A DNA stretch of 63,132 nt, filler included, from Octopus bimaculoides (taxonomy: Eukaryota), in NCBI RefSeq assembly GCF_001194135.2. It is 6 parts of 5 records of this genome, joined end to end, with 100 filler letters (N's around TTAATTAATTAA, not from the genome) between each part and the next. Parts side by side here need not be neighbours in the genome. Positions count along the whole stretch, not along the records: positions 1 to 15,134 come from NC_068985.1; positions 15,235 to 39,336 come from NC_068988.1; 4 more parts are not named here. The stretch is one strand, 5' to 3'. The position numbers and the translations under genes were made by a program. Each line of letters opens with the position of its first letter. Position 1 is the first letter of the stretch. Positions 13,095 to 26,297 of this stretch are shown piece by piece. The notes under the pieces were generated by a model that saw nothing but the letters and a program-made list of their open reading frames with translations, searched no databases and had not been told where the DNA came from.

Positions 13095-14866
13095 ATANNN
13101 NNNNNNNNNNNNNNNNNNNNNNNNNNNNNNNNNNNNNNNNNNNNNNNNNNNNNNNNNNNNNNNNNNNNNNNNNNNNNNNNNNNNNNNNNNNNNNNNNNNN
13201 NNNNNNNNNNNNNNNNNNNNNATATATATATATATATATATATATATACATGTGTGTATGTATGTACGATAGTATATTGAAGCGTGTGTCCATGTGTCTA
13301 TGTGTCTACATGTATCTATATGTGTGTGTATGTTTACATGTGGAAGTGTTATTGTTTTAGTAGGTTTTGGGAAAGTATATCTAGAATATAACTTGGATAT
13401 GCCAAAGAGAGTCAAATGCTTTTAATAATAAATAATTTTATATAGTTACAAAAGCACCACAGCATCATCAGTAAGATGTCAATACAGGAGAATTATACCT
13501 GGTCGCTGGAACTGCTAGACATAGCAAAGAAATAGCCCTGAAATCACATAAAGAAGCTAATTATAAAGGATAAGTTAATAATTATAATGTATCTCCTTAC
13601 TAATACAGGCGGATCATCTCCTCAAATAAGTTGAACATAGTCTGCTCAGCCAGAACTGAAGATTGATCAAACCAAACAGAGCCACATCAAAACAATGGCA
13701 ACGGCAGCGACAACGAAGCACCAAACACGTGAGGAATTTCTCTTAAAATAATCCGAAACTTACTAATTATAACTTCTGTATTAGATTTTGGGCAAAATAG
13801 AATAAAACAAAAGCAAACAAATATATAAAATAGAAAAAAAAAAACCAAGCATTCTTGGAAAGTCTCCTCTCTTGTAATGGCATTTAATTCCTGACAGCCA
13901 CAGTGTTAGGAATGTTACAGAAGTAACCTTTTAATTTCAATTTCAGATAGAGTAAATAGTTTTCTGGAGCCATTTCAGAAGAATTTAGATACAGTGAGTG
14001 AAAGGGAGGAGTGAGAGAAAGAGAGAGAAAAAGAGAGAGAGAGAGAAGAAATGAGGAAAAGACATATAGTCTAAATGTGTGCTTGTGCAGACATGAGTTC
14101 ATGTGTGTGTATGTATATGAGGGTCATCGTGTGCGTAGATGGAGGTATGTGTCATTTTCTGAATGCGTAAATTCATTGGTATGATTAATCGCAGTGCGTG
14201 CACATATGTCTATGAGTTAACGTGACTGTATCGGAGTTGTCTCAATCAAATAAGTCTGTACATATACGTGTGTATACGTGTGTGCCTCATTGTGTATACT
14301 TTTATGCAAATCAGTATAAATGTGTGCTTGTACTATATGCATATATTTAGACGTATGTTAGGATCCTTAAGTGTAAGCGTCTACGTGTTTCAAGACTTGA
14401 ATTTGTATATATCATCTGCGTATGTCTGTATGTTCGCATATGTATATGAGTGTCTACGTGAGTGTAATTATGAATGTATGTGTATGTTCCTCTCTGTGTG
14501 CGTATGTGTGTGTGATTGTGTGGTTGTGTGTGTGTGCGTGTGCGTATGTGTGTGTGTGAGTGTATTCGCGTGCTTATATGTGTCGTGCGCAACAGTCTGA
14601 AAATCTGAAAGTGTAAATGTACTTGGTCTATACAAATATGCATCCTTGTATTTGCATTCATAAATACGAATCACTGCGAATAAGCGTATATGCTTTTTTT
14701 TATTAATTTATCTCCTACGCATCTGTGTGTGTCTGGGTCAGCGTGTGTATGTTTTTGTATATTTGTTAATCTGTGAATTCATTTATGAAGCTGCGTATGA
14801 ATCTATGTGTATGCGTGTCTGTGTGGGGGATGTGCATGTACATATATGTATGTGTATATATATACG

Positions 14867-14904
<38 letters not shown>

Positions 14905-14921
<17 letters not shown>

Positions 14922-15134
14922 GAGAATGTGTGTCTGTCTGTCTGTCTGTCTGTGTGAATCCCTAAAACTCGAGAACTACGCAACCAATTTCATTCAAATT
15001 TTACACATGCCTTACTTAGGGTTCCAGTTGTGTTTTAGTCAAAAAAAATTATCAACTTCTTGCAGAGTTCGAGCACACGGCAACATAATATCTCCTCCAC
15101 TATTTAAGTATTACGTGTCAAAAGTGAAACAAAA
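14905..15134 (+). mobile_element. Helitron/Helentron-associated non-autonomous element (DINE/HINE-like) 5' part; related sequence at ~45118-45330
   Basis: tatatataaatgagaatgtgt-(GTCT)n-...aactcgagaactacgcaaccaatttcattcaaattttacac is the typical HINE layout. The segment atctcctccactattta...ttacgtgtcaaaagtgaaa recurs at ~45190-45235. Confidence 0.5.
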
Positions 15135-15985
15135 NNNNNNNNNNNNNNNNNNNNNNNNNNNNNNNNNNNNNNNNNNNNTTAATTAATTAANNNNNNNNNN
15201 NNNNNNNNNNNNNNNNNNNNNNNNNNNNNNNNNNTAAGGAATGGAGTGAACGCATGTTATAACTGCATACTTTATTCCGACATATGCTTCGAAGAATTAC
15301 AATTGTGATCTTTGCTACCCTGGTTTCTATTAACTCATTTATTCTATCCGAATTATTGTTAATTAGGATAAAATAAATACATATAATTTATATATATATA
15401 TATATATATGAGGTCCAGGGATCGAAGCGTAGGAAGAATGAAGCAAACCGATACCGATATAAATATAAAAAGCAACTTTCAGGTACTGGATTGTTTTCGT
15501 ATCGAAGTATGATAAACTTTTAAAAATTCTTTTCATATTTCACGGTAGACGACCAGGGTTGCCGGGTGTATGCGAATAAGAATACAAGAGTTAAGAAAAT
15601 TAGTCGATATGATCCGGGCTACACGTGTTTCATCGCGAGTGGAACTTCAGAAGTGGTAAATATTCAAGAGAAATGTATACCGCAGGGTACGCTTCCTGCA
15701 AAAGGATATCTTGGTTAAATGAAAAGTTTACGTTGTCGCAATGCGGTACATGTTAACATATGGAAGATTCAATGTGAATTTGTAGAGAACACAGAAAGAG
15801 GGTAGATATAAATGTTGTGAGGAATAAGGATTAACAGAATGAAAAACGAGCGAGAAAGAAAAAAAGATATAAGGGAGTTAGAGGAATGAGAAATTTAAGC
15901 AAGGTCATTTAACCGGTAGTATTCCTCTCACCCACAACAAAAAAAGGCTAGTTTATGAGTTTCATTTTTCTGCCTTTCTCTCTTT

Positions 15986-16285
15986 TTTACTTGTTTTAGT
16001 CATTTGACTGCGGCCATGCTGGGGCACCGCCTTTAGTCGAGCAAATCGATCCCAGGACTTATTCATTGTAAGCCTAGTACTTATTCTATCGGTCTCTTTT
16101 TGCCGAACCGCTAAGTTACGGGGACGTAAACACACCAGCATCGGTTGTCAAGTGAAGTTNNNNNNNNNNNNNNNNNNNNNNNNNNNNNNNNNNNNNNNNN
16201 NNNNNNNNNNNNNNNNNNNNNNNNNNNNNNNNNNNNNNNNNNNNNNNNNNNGGGGGGGGGGGCAAACACAGACACACAAACATAT

Positions 16286-16336
<51 letters not shown>

Positions 16337-16465
16337 TACGACGGGCTTCTTTCAGTTTCCGTCTACCAAATCCACTCACAAGGCTTTGGTTGGCCGGAGG
16401 CTATAGTAGAAGACACTTGCCCAAGGTGCCACGCAGTGTGACCGAAGCTACTTACCACACAGCCA
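15986..16465 (-). mobile_element. SINE family A (tRNA head, CORE-like middle, RTE-like tail ...CCAGCATGGCCGCAGTC..TGACTGAAAC)
   Basis: Near-identical to copies at 17517, 38998, 44789 and 50628. Minus strand shows GGCACCTTGGGCAAGTGTCTT. Spans an N gap. Confidence 0.9.
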
Positions 16466-16489
16466 AGAATGGTAAAGCCGTTTTGGAGA

Positions 16490-17060
16490 AGCTTTCACGG
16501 TCTCTGTTTACGGTGTCAGTATAAGATTTCTGCGCCTGTTGAAAGATATTGGGAACGGAATAAAGAGTTACGTCTCAGGATGGCTGTTTTAAGTGTGTGA
16601 CGATAAATCATTAATGTATAGCAGAGTAGGTAATAAAGCAGAAAGCTGCAGCACGTACAGTTCTTAGCACAAAAACAGTTCCCTCAACACACAGAAAGAG
16701 TTGAACCAGACAGGTAACCGATTTATGAGCAGCTTCCTATCTGATTTAAGAACGGTTTCCTATCTCCTAAGTGAGCAGCATCGATCGGAAATTCTCAAGC
16801 CGAACACAGTTGAAAGCTCTGCGAATGTAGAGGGCGACAATATTACTTTAGCCAACTTTCTCAAAGCAAAATCCCCAACAGCTGGTCACCTGTGTATTTA
16901 CCTTTATATGAAACCTATTAGTAGCCATTATCAAAAGCACATTCAATATTCAGATGAACATCGGTCTTAAAAAGCTTTCTCCATAACCTTATCGATAGTT
17001 GAGGTGGATACGTTAGCATGATAGTTGACAGCATCAGAGAAGTTGACTCTCAAAGGGAAT
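16490..17060 (-). mobile_element. Decayed Jockey/CR1-group RT fragment
   Basis: NYHANVSTSTIDKVMEK, IVALYIRRAFN and LSALLPTLLYINDLSS correspond to the NYRPIS / LDISKAFD / GSVLSPTLFLLFINDL motifs. Confidence 0.6.
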
Positions 17061-17474
17061 AGAACACTTAAAAGTGTGTTTTCAAATATCAGGTTAGAGA
17101 AAGAATGTAGATGTGTACCTGTATATATATATGTAAATATATTATGCAGACACACACATACACACACACATTCAGGCATACATACACACATTCATACATA
17201 TATATATACATGTATATGTATATATATATATATGAATGCATATATATATACATATACTTGCATTCATACATATACATATATATATATACATATGTACATA
17301 TAAGTACATGTACTTAATATATATGTACATATATATACATATGTATATATATATTTATATATATATACATATGTATATATATGTACATATATATTATGTA
17401 TGTATATAGAGTCAGTCGCAAACATATATATACATATATATACACATGTACATATAAGTATATGTACATATGTG

Positions 17475-17510
<36 letters not shown>

Positions 17511-17516
17511 CTCGCA

Positions 17517-17728
17517 TTTACTTGTTTCAGTCATTTGACTGCGGCCATGCTGGAGCACCGCCTTTAGTCGAGCAAATCGCCCCCAGGACTTATTCTTTGT
17601 AAGCCTAGTATTTATTCTATCGGTCTCTTTTGCTGAACCGTTAAGTTACGGGGACGTAAACACACCAGCATCGGTTGTCAAGCGAAGTTGGGGGGGACAA
17701 ACACAAACATACATATATATAAATATAT
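17517..17728 (-). mobile_element. SINE family A, 3' half
   Basis: Matches 15986-16150 and 38998-39180 (tttacttgtttcagtcatttgactgcggccatgctgg...). Confidence 0.9.
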
Positions 17729-17788
17729 ANNNNNNNNNNNNNNNNNNNNNNNNNNNNNNNNNNNNNNNNNNNNNNNNNNNNNNNNNNN

Positions 17789-17832
<44 letters not shown>

Positions 17833-18345
17833 TTACAGCCATTTTAATAGATACAAGTAGAGACACTGTAGGTTCATGTGTGTATGTGTGTGTATATGTG
17901 TGTTTAAAAAAGAGAAGAACAGACAGACAGAAATTTCAAGTATATATATACTTTTACATGTATGTGTACGTATTCGTGTGTGTATATATGCCTATACACA
18001 CACGTGCATGTAATATTGTAATATATGTAATATAGATAAGCTGATAATATCAATGTTGAAAATATTCTCTCACCAGGTATCATTTATATTCAATATTATT
18101 TAGCGTTGGATTTCTGGTGTATGCTTGTTGCATCTACACCGGTGTTGTTTATGTTGCTGTTGTTGTATTTACTGCTACTGCTGTTTCCCTTTATTGGCTT
18201 TCGTTTTTTTTGTTTTTGTGTTTTTTTTTTCCTATTGTTAGTCACTTTTGTATTAAAATGCTGTTTATTAATCTAACGCTTTTGATGTTTAAAGAGCAGT
18301 TCTGTAATCTCAACATAAATTGAAATATCGATTGAAGCTATTTAC

Positions 18346-18407
<62 letters not shown>

Positions 18408-18929
18408 NNNNNNNNNNNNNNNNNNNNNNNNNNNNNNNNNNNNNNNNNNNNNNNNNNNNNNNNNNNNNNNNNNNNNNNNNNNNNNNNNNNNNNNNNNNNN
18501 NNNNNNNNNNNNNNNNNNNNNNNNNNNNNNNNNNNNNNNNNNNNNNNNNNNNNNNNNNNNNNNNNNNNNNNNNNNNNNNNNNNNNNNNNNNNNNNNNNNN
18601 NNNNNNNNNNNNNNNNNNNNNNNNNNNNNNNNNNNNNNNNNNNNNNNNNNNNNNNNNNNNNNNNNNNNNNNNNNNNNNNNNNNNNNNNNNNNNNNNNNNN
18701 NNNNNNNNNNNNNNNNNNNNNNNNNNNNNNNNNNNNNNNNNNNNNNNNNNNNNNNNNNNNNNNNNNNNNNNNNNNNNNNNNNNNNNNNNNNNNNNNNNNN
18801 NNNNNNNNNNNNNNNNNNNNNNNNNNNNNNNNNNNNNNNNNNNNNNNNNNNNNNNNNNNNNNNNNNNNNNNNNNNNNNNNNNNNNNNNNNNNNNNNNNNN
18901 NNNNNNNNNNNNNNNNNNNNNNNNNNNNN
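18408..18929. other. Assembly gap flanked by (TC)n and (TA)n
   Basis: N run. Other large gaps at 33620-33859 and 35964-36951. Confidence 0.99.
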
Positions 18930-18964
<35 letters not shown>

Positions 18965-18998
18965 TCACAGACATATATATATATGCACACATATATGA

Positions 18999-19043
<45 letters not shown>

Positions 19044-19273
19044 TACATATGTAGATACATATATACATATATGCATGTAATCATGTATAGTTTAATATTT
19101 TATAGATGCATAAGTATGCATGTATTGCATACGTACATACATACACACACTCCCTCTCTCTCTCTCGCACGCACACACATATATACACGCACATATTATA
19201 TATGGGTGCCTATGTACATGTATATATACACATCTCTGCATATTCATGAGTTATGTCATATTTACAGAATTTG

Positions 19274-19338
<65 letters not shown>

Positions 19339-20859
19339 TATGTATTATGTATGTATGTATGTATGTATGTATGTATGTATGTACGTATACACGCGCGCTC
19401 GCATATATAAAGGGGTGTTAGTATGTATTAAATATAGATTTGTATTCTTATATTTTCTTTTGTTTTTATTTGCGAATTCGGATATTCATTTTTTTATTTT
19501 CTTTCTATTTTTGTTTTCTCAGTCCTGAAATATTTCTTCTTTAAAGTTTTCTGTGTATCTCATAGCCATGTTATAGTTTATAACTTTGTGTTTTGTATAG
19601 TTTAGGAGCTAATAACAAAAACCTAACAATACAAGTAAAACTAAAATTTAACAACACTTGTAGAACTAAAATTTAAAGAAATACAGAAAAGAAAAATGCG
19701 AAAATGAAACAAACAAAAACCAAATAATATATAATAAGTAGCTGCGTCAGCATAAACATGGCGGTCCTTCAGAGCTTTTGTTAATTCACTGTTCGTTCAA
19801 TCATCTTCAAGTGATTCTTAGTTTATAAGAAGCTATGAAGTTAAATGATCAAAGATCTGTTTTCTTTTTCTTTTTATCCTTTTTTACGGAAATGATACTT
19901 CGGGGAGAAAGACTTCATTTTGTTCTCTTTTCTTTCTCTTTAATGGCGATACATGAAAGCAAAAATCAACGACATCAACAACAACAAAAATAGAATCATG
20001 GTAGGAATAATTTTAAAAGTAATATAATATTGTGTCGTGTTATCTATACTCATGAGATGACTTGATATTGAAGATTATATTGTATAGAATAAAATTTGAA
20101 TAAACAATCAATATAGATTTATATTAAATATTTATGTATCTTTTGCCGTAGTCTTCTACTGAAGTGTTAGTTGCAAAAATATACACAAAAGCAAGGGGAC
20201 AAAATTGTCAGAGATTTCAAAATATTTAAGTTTCAATATTTTTATACGGTTTTTCTGTTTAGCAGGTTTGTTTGAGCGTCTAGGGAAGTGATTTACAGCA
20301 CTTGTTCTGATTCTGCTTTCTGATTTCAAATTCTGCGGAGTTCAAAATTGTCAGTCGTCCCGTCGGGGTCGATAAATGAAATACCAGTCAGGCACGGGGG
20401 TTGATATAATCGATTAGCATCTTCTGCACAAAACTGCAGGCCTTGGCCTTCACTGAAATAGTATTACTGTTATAGAAATTGAGTGAGAGAGCGGTGCATG
20501 CCATCAAAGTGACACTGGGGTAAAATCTACGATGTTCAGAATACCCATCATGACGACCCGTCTGATAAGGGTACACCAGGCACATGCAGCACAACCATAT
20601 GTACGCGACATGTTGATCTTATATCAAAATAGACAACGCTTGATTTTGCAAGTGGTTCCCAGTTAGAATTTTCAAAAGGTTCCTGAATAAGGATTGTTTA
20701 CGGGGTTGAAAGAAACACTCATGTTTCCAGAGGTGAATTATTCAAATTTTGAAGAATTCCTCTCAACACATGGCTATGATGATCCCCCACCACTTATGCT
20801 CGTGATCAGCAGAGTCGCTATGATTCATGGTTCGGAAAAATCTGGATTTTGCAATACGG

Positions 20860-21316
20860 ACGATCTTCCTGGATCCGGAAGGTAAGTCGGTGGTCCTGGA
20901 CGTGACAGACAGCGAAGGATATACTTTCAGGCTAGTTGCTGTCTATGACTCCCACAGGGGCGGGACGACCGTATGAAAGGATAATGATAGCTAATCCGAG
21001 ACAGATGTGTGCTACCTTTCAGCGGCGATTTGCTCAACTGTTCGGGAGCAGCCGTGTGCCGAGTCGCAGGATTGTATTGACAACTTTAGACCCATAACTC
21101 TTTTGAATGCAGAGTTCAAACTTTTGGCCAAGGTGTTAGCTACGAGGTTGGCACTTGTCGTCGGGATCTGGTAGGGAAGGCACAGACATGTCCCATCACG
21201 AAAATATCCATCCACGACAATTTCCACCTCATGCGATACCTCATTGAGAAAGTGGCTAAAGAACCTGGCACGGGTGGGGCCCTGATCAATTTAGATCAGT
21301 CTAAATCTTTCAATCT
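20860..21316 (+). mobile_element. Tx1/L1-clade fragment (internally deleted APE + RT domains 1-3)
   Basis: DPEGKSVVLDVTDSEGYTFRLVAVY (APE), then IDNFRPITLLNAEFKLLAKVLATRL...IHDNFHLMRYLIEK...GALINLDQSKSFN (RT). Confidence 0.85.
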
Positions 21317-23790
21317 TAAATTGAGTGTAATTTATGAGAATTGCTTGTTTCTGCACAACACACATAAGCGCTTCTGTTTCTGGCTTCAAGTCCATCTTTC
21401 TTAGCCAACGCCACCTTCTATCGTTGTCTGTAGTCCTGCCCAACTTTTTCGCAGACAGCAGGTACGTTTTTTTCATTCCATTTTCTTTCGTTTTCCTTAT
21501 TCCTTTTTGTCTTTATATACTTCTGTCGCCACGAGAATGTTTATCCTGACTGTACCAGACATTTTCACATGAACCAGTAAGCGTTCTCTGTCACGTCTGA
21601 TATACACCTCACCAAACTATTTTCTTCTGAACATATACCGATTTCACAGTTGATTAGCCCTCACCCACCTTTCTATCTAATTAGATACACCTATCAATAT
21701 CGCTTTCGGGGTTGGCTGTTCCATGCATTGTGAGTACTTTATTCGATTTTCGGACCAACCCCTGTAACTCTTCTTCCATTTAAATAGTAATACCTGTATC
21801 ATACCTCAATAATGCAATCATCCATTAATTGATTACTTGAAACTTTTCTATTCAGTTTTGACTGTAGCACTTGTTAACGTCTTCGGAGACAGTTGTGTGT
21901 AAAGCTTTTCTTCGTTGTTTCTTCCATCAGTTCATTCACTTCCAATCAGTCTAGGTATAGAAACCCAGTATCGTCAGTCCTTTCTATGATTACATTTTAC
22001 GATAATTGGGAAAGTTAATTCTATTAACTTTCTCTCTCGTCAGTACCATTATTCCACATCTTTTTCGACCCAATTCCATTTTTGTATTCTTTTCTCATGC
22101 AATGAAATATGTTCACTAAAGCACTGGTTTGATGTCATCCATAAGTAATAGATGGTTGATCGTTTGTTATTTCCCGTTAAACTCACATCCAGATATTACT
22201 TTTTTCAATAACAATGTTAAAGGAATTTTGCATAAAATAAATAATGAAAGGGACACACTATCACCTGCAAAAATCATTCTCTTGATTCTTAACATTCTAA
22301 GGTTCTCTCTTCCAGCTTACCATGCCTTTTTACTTAAAACATTTGGTATTCTTTGTACTCTCAAACATTCGATGATCCACGAACGTGTTATCGTATTATA
22401 GTCGTTGCAGTAATCTATCAAAGCCATTGTAAAACGTGTCTTGCTCACAGTCTTTCATCACCATTTTATATACGAGTTCCCCGCAATTCCATTTATAACC
22501 CCTTTGCTCAACAGGGAGAATTCCGTTATCATCAAGAAATGCATACATTCCATTAGCTATTATTCCAGAGAACGGGTTCCACATCAGTGCCAAACATGAT
22601 ATGGATCAGTAATTATCCACAGCATTTCCTTTTGAAGCACCCTTCAAACAGAGTTACTCTTCGTCCAATATTTATCCCCTCAGGAATTTCTTCATTTCCG
22701 TTTATCGGTGCATTAAGTTGTTCTACTGCTCTTTTATGGCATCCTGTCAGCTTGTTTATCCAAAACGCCTGAACACCATCATGTCCAACTGCGTTCCAAT
22801 TACTCATCTTCTATTTCCTTGTCACACATTCTTTTTTCAATTCTTTTTCTTTTTTTCCCTGTTGGTAGATTTTTTTAGCCACTTATTCTCAGTATTATAC
22901 TTCTCCTCCTAACTCTACATCTTACTTCTAAATACATGACTTTCTTCTGCTTCTGATACGCTTCTTTGGTGTGCTAATTTCGCAGTTATTCCTTGATAAA
23001 AATTTCTTCTGATCAGTTTCAAATAATTTGTTTTATCTCCATTGCTTCACTATTTGATCATAGATTATGATTTTCCTCTTTTTGTCAAAATACGCTCTTT
23101 TGTTCTTCATTTACAACCTTCAGCCCTTTTCTTTCGATACAATTTTTTTTTCATTATATTCTATTCATAGCCATTCCTAAGATCATCCTTTCTCTTTCCA
23201 ATATCAACACATCACGATCAAGCTTATCTATGTCACCTAATATTCTTATTTTCTACCACGAGTCTTTGCTTTCTTTTATTCTTTGACTTTCTGTCTCATG
23301 CTTTTCGCTTCAACTTGATAAGCCTATTGGAATCTGTTATGTTACTTTTTCTTCTGTGAAAAATTCACAATTGTAGAAATCTGCATAGATTCTTGATTTA
23401 GTTTCCACTGACAGGTCAGTTTTTTTTTTTAAATCACCATCACATTTTAAACCCTGTGAATTTACTCATTCCGACACCCCATTAATTAGTGTATACCCAT
23501 CCTCAACCAGCAAACTACCTCTATCTATATTCTGCTGATCAAAAAATACAGTAATGTCACCAGAAATTCCATTTGTTACCATTTCGCTTCTGTTACATTG
23601 AATAGTATCATCCAGTTCCAATTATTTTTATTCATTCTCCTGTAATTCTTGTTCCACACCCGTATCACAATTAAAACTTTCATTAAATTCTTGCTTAATC
23701 GCTTCAAGTTCAAGCTCAGATAACCATCAGTTCTTCGAATTACTCTGTCAGGTTAAAAATCGTCTGCTCTTTGGTTAAACAGTGTTTTCA
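21317..23790 (-). mobile_element. Decayed R4/Dong-type (RLE) non-LTR retrotransposon, pre-RT through post-RT region
   Basis: NWNAVGHDGVQAFW, GILPVEQRG, IKRMIFAGDS...INHLLLMDD and WRWLRKMDLKPETEALMCVVQKQAILINY are all characteristic of this clade. Many stops. Confidence 0.85.
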
Positions 23791-24930
23791 TTTTCCACTC
23801 ACTGTTTTGTAGCTTTTCTATCCAAGTTCTCTAGCTCGATATTTGTCCTTTTCAGAAAGGAGACAGAGTATCTCTATACTGGTATAGCCCATGTATTCAC
23901 GGCTTTGATTTTGGTTCCCACTATTTAAAATTGTTTAGAGCTCATTCCTATTCCTCCTCTTTATCGTATTATAGTCATTGCAGTAATCTATCCAAGCCCT
24001 TGTGAAACGTGTCTTCTCTTGCTCACAGTCTTTCATCACCATTTTAGATACGAGTGCCCCGCAATTCCATTTATAACCCCTTTGCTCAACAGGGAAAATT
24101 CTCATCTCTCATTTCTCCTTCCACTATCCTATCGGCTTGCTGTACTTTTGGATACTTACATCCCTCATTATTCCACAGCGATCTAATGATGATGTCATCT
24201 GGTGATTTTATGCGATCTGAGTTTACCTTCCAACGTCTCTTTCTAATTAGTTCTCCGCACTTTTTTTTTTTTACCTCAAACTACATTCCAATATCTTTAC
24301 TGAATACTTGTCTCATTTTTTTGTATACAGCTTGAAGTCATCCAGACAAATTAGATAATTTATTCTCATTTTGGATTTTGTAAACTCATAAACAGCTCTG
24401 GATTTTCTCAGTATACTTGTCAGAGGAATAATCTCAATAACGAAGAGTAATGGATAGAGGGAATCTGCCTGGAAAACGCGCTTGCGTATTTTCAAGTTGC
24501 CGAGCGATTCATTTGCTCATGGCAGCTCTACTTCCCACACTCCCATTGCTTTCTCCAAAATGCTGTTTACTTTTTCCTTGACTGCGAGCGTTCTCAGACA
24601 CTCTAAGAACTAGTTGTGTGAGACATTGTCGTAAGTCCTCCTGTAATATATCCATCCAACAGCTAAATTGTTCTTTTATAGTCGTAATTAAAATAATATT
24701 CTACTGTCTCTATATAGCAGATCAGGAATTCGCGTTGGTTTCTTCTTATATCCTTTTTGCTCCTCTGGCAATAGATTCTCTTTTTCCAGAAAATTATATG
24801 CTACATCTGCTATGATATATAGAGGATGTATTTCCCTGGCGTCCACGTATCATATTTCATATAGATTTCTAATTATTTTTTAAACCACCAGGTTATCTTG
24901 GGACTTAAGGAAACAAAAGTTTTCTATTAT
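23791..24930 (-). mobile_element. Second, scrambled R4/Dong-type RT fragment(s)
   Basis: NLLPEEQKGY, GWIYYRRTYDNVSH, IRKRVFQADSLYPLLFV...INYLICLDDFKLY and IKAVNTWAIPV. Includes a ~130-bp duplicate of 22387-22525. Confidence 0.8.
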
Positions 24931-25059
24931 TCAGAATGCAAGAAATAAGCTCTAACTAAAAGTATGAAAATAAGCATGGAGGTTTAGGACAAACTTATGA
25001 AAATGCTTCGGATAAGTAAATGGTTAACAAGGACTAATAATAATAGTTTCTACTGAAAG

Positions 25060-25260
25060 CAGAAGGCCTCAAATTGGGGGAAGGGATTAAGTCGATAACA
25101 TCGACCCCAGTGCGTAACTGGTACTAATTTTATCGACCTCGACAGGATGAAAGGCAAAGTCGACCTCTATGGAATTTGAACTCAGAAGGTGAAGACGGAC
25201 GAAATACTTCAAAGCATTTTCCACGGCGTACTAACGATTCTGCTAGCTCGCCGCCCTACG
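25060..25260 (-). mobile_element. SINE family B
   Basis: Minus strand ggcggcgagctagcagaatcgttagtacgccg...gttcaaattcc...gtcgactttgcctttcatcc matches the 58960-59191 copy. Further decayed copies at ~25540-25650, 26500-26870, 29960-30330, 37730-37905, 52230-52440. Confidence 0.85.
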
Positions 25261-25917
25261 AGAACTAATAATAATATTAATGAAAAACTTAACTCAAGAA
25301 CGGGAGGGGAAGTAATTCTGTAATTTAAATTAAGAAAAGAAGTGTTTGATACATCTGTATTGATATTCATCATCCTGTCCGATTATCACGAACTTGAAAT
25401 TAAGCAACAACCATAAGGTTCACAACAAAATTTGGACAAACGTCAACAACATTATAAGCATTCTAGCGTAAGCACATTACTGTAAATTTGTTTTAGAAAG
25501 TCGGATACTCGGTTGAAAGAAACTCAGAGCATTTTTGGAGACTTTTACGCGATGAAGTTGATTTTAAGCCGATTTGAAATCAGAACGACGCTATGAACAG
25601 AAACAATTACCCCAAGGTATTTTATCCGATGCTCTAACCATTCTATGAATTCACTGCCTTTGGAGGGAAGTAATTTAGCCGATTGAATTGATCCCAATAA
25701 GTGAGTGGTACTTCAGCGACCTCTTAAAAATGAAAAAGTGATGTAGATGTTAGGCTGTTGTAAATTCTGGAATAAAAGACAATTTGCCCTACGCTCTAAG
25801 CATTCTAACTATTCTTCCACCCTTAGAAGAATAAACATTATTCTCTCTAATTTTTGGTACAAGGCCAGCACGTAGAGAGGAGAATGTTTGTTACATCGAC
25901 TCTAGTACTTGGCTGGT

Positions 25918-26297
25918 GTGGAGGCGCAATGGCCCAGTGGTTAGGGCAGCGGACTCGCGGTCATAGGATCGCGGTTTCGATTCCCAAACCGGGCGTTGTT
26001 AGTGTTTATTGAGCGAAAACACCTAAGGCTCCACGATGCTCCGGCAGAGGATGGTGGCGAACCCTGCTGAACTCTTTCACCACAACTTTCATCACTCTTA
26101 CTTCCTGTTTCTGTTGTGCCTGTAATTCAAAGGGCCAGCTTCGTCACACTGTGTCACGCTGAATATCCCCGAGAACTACGTTAAGGGTACACGTGTCTGT
26201 GGAGTGCTCAGCCACTTGCACGTTAATTTCACGAGCAGGTTGTTCCGTTGATCGGATCAACCGGAACCCTCGTCGTCGTAAGCGACGGAGTGCCAAC
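25918..26297 (+). mobile_element. SINE family C (tRNA-derived head, tail ...ACGGAGTGCCAAC), full length, nested in a family B copy with 14-bp TSD
   Basis: A-box TGGCCCAGTGG and B-box GGTTTCGATTCCC. TSD AGTACTTGGCT(G/A)GT at 25904-25917 and 26298-26311. Second copy at 40911-41296 (-). Confidence 0.92.

Noticed and set aside
15179-15190. TTAATTAATTAA islands inside N runs (also 39381-39392, 45565-45576, 49112-49123, 57960-57971)
   Set aside because: An identical 12-mer always flanked by Ns indicates a scaffolding or gap-linker artefact, not biology.
15615-15660. CTGAAGT...GAAACACGTGTA hammerhead-like string (- strand)
   Set aside because: A9 is missing, stem II is weak and there is no stem I pairing.
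25918-25995. tRNA-like sequences (also ~30570-30630, 38120-38188, 41225-41296)
   Set aside because: They have A/B boxes but no complete cloverleaf acceptor stem, and each continues into a repeated body. They are SINE heads, not tRNA genes.
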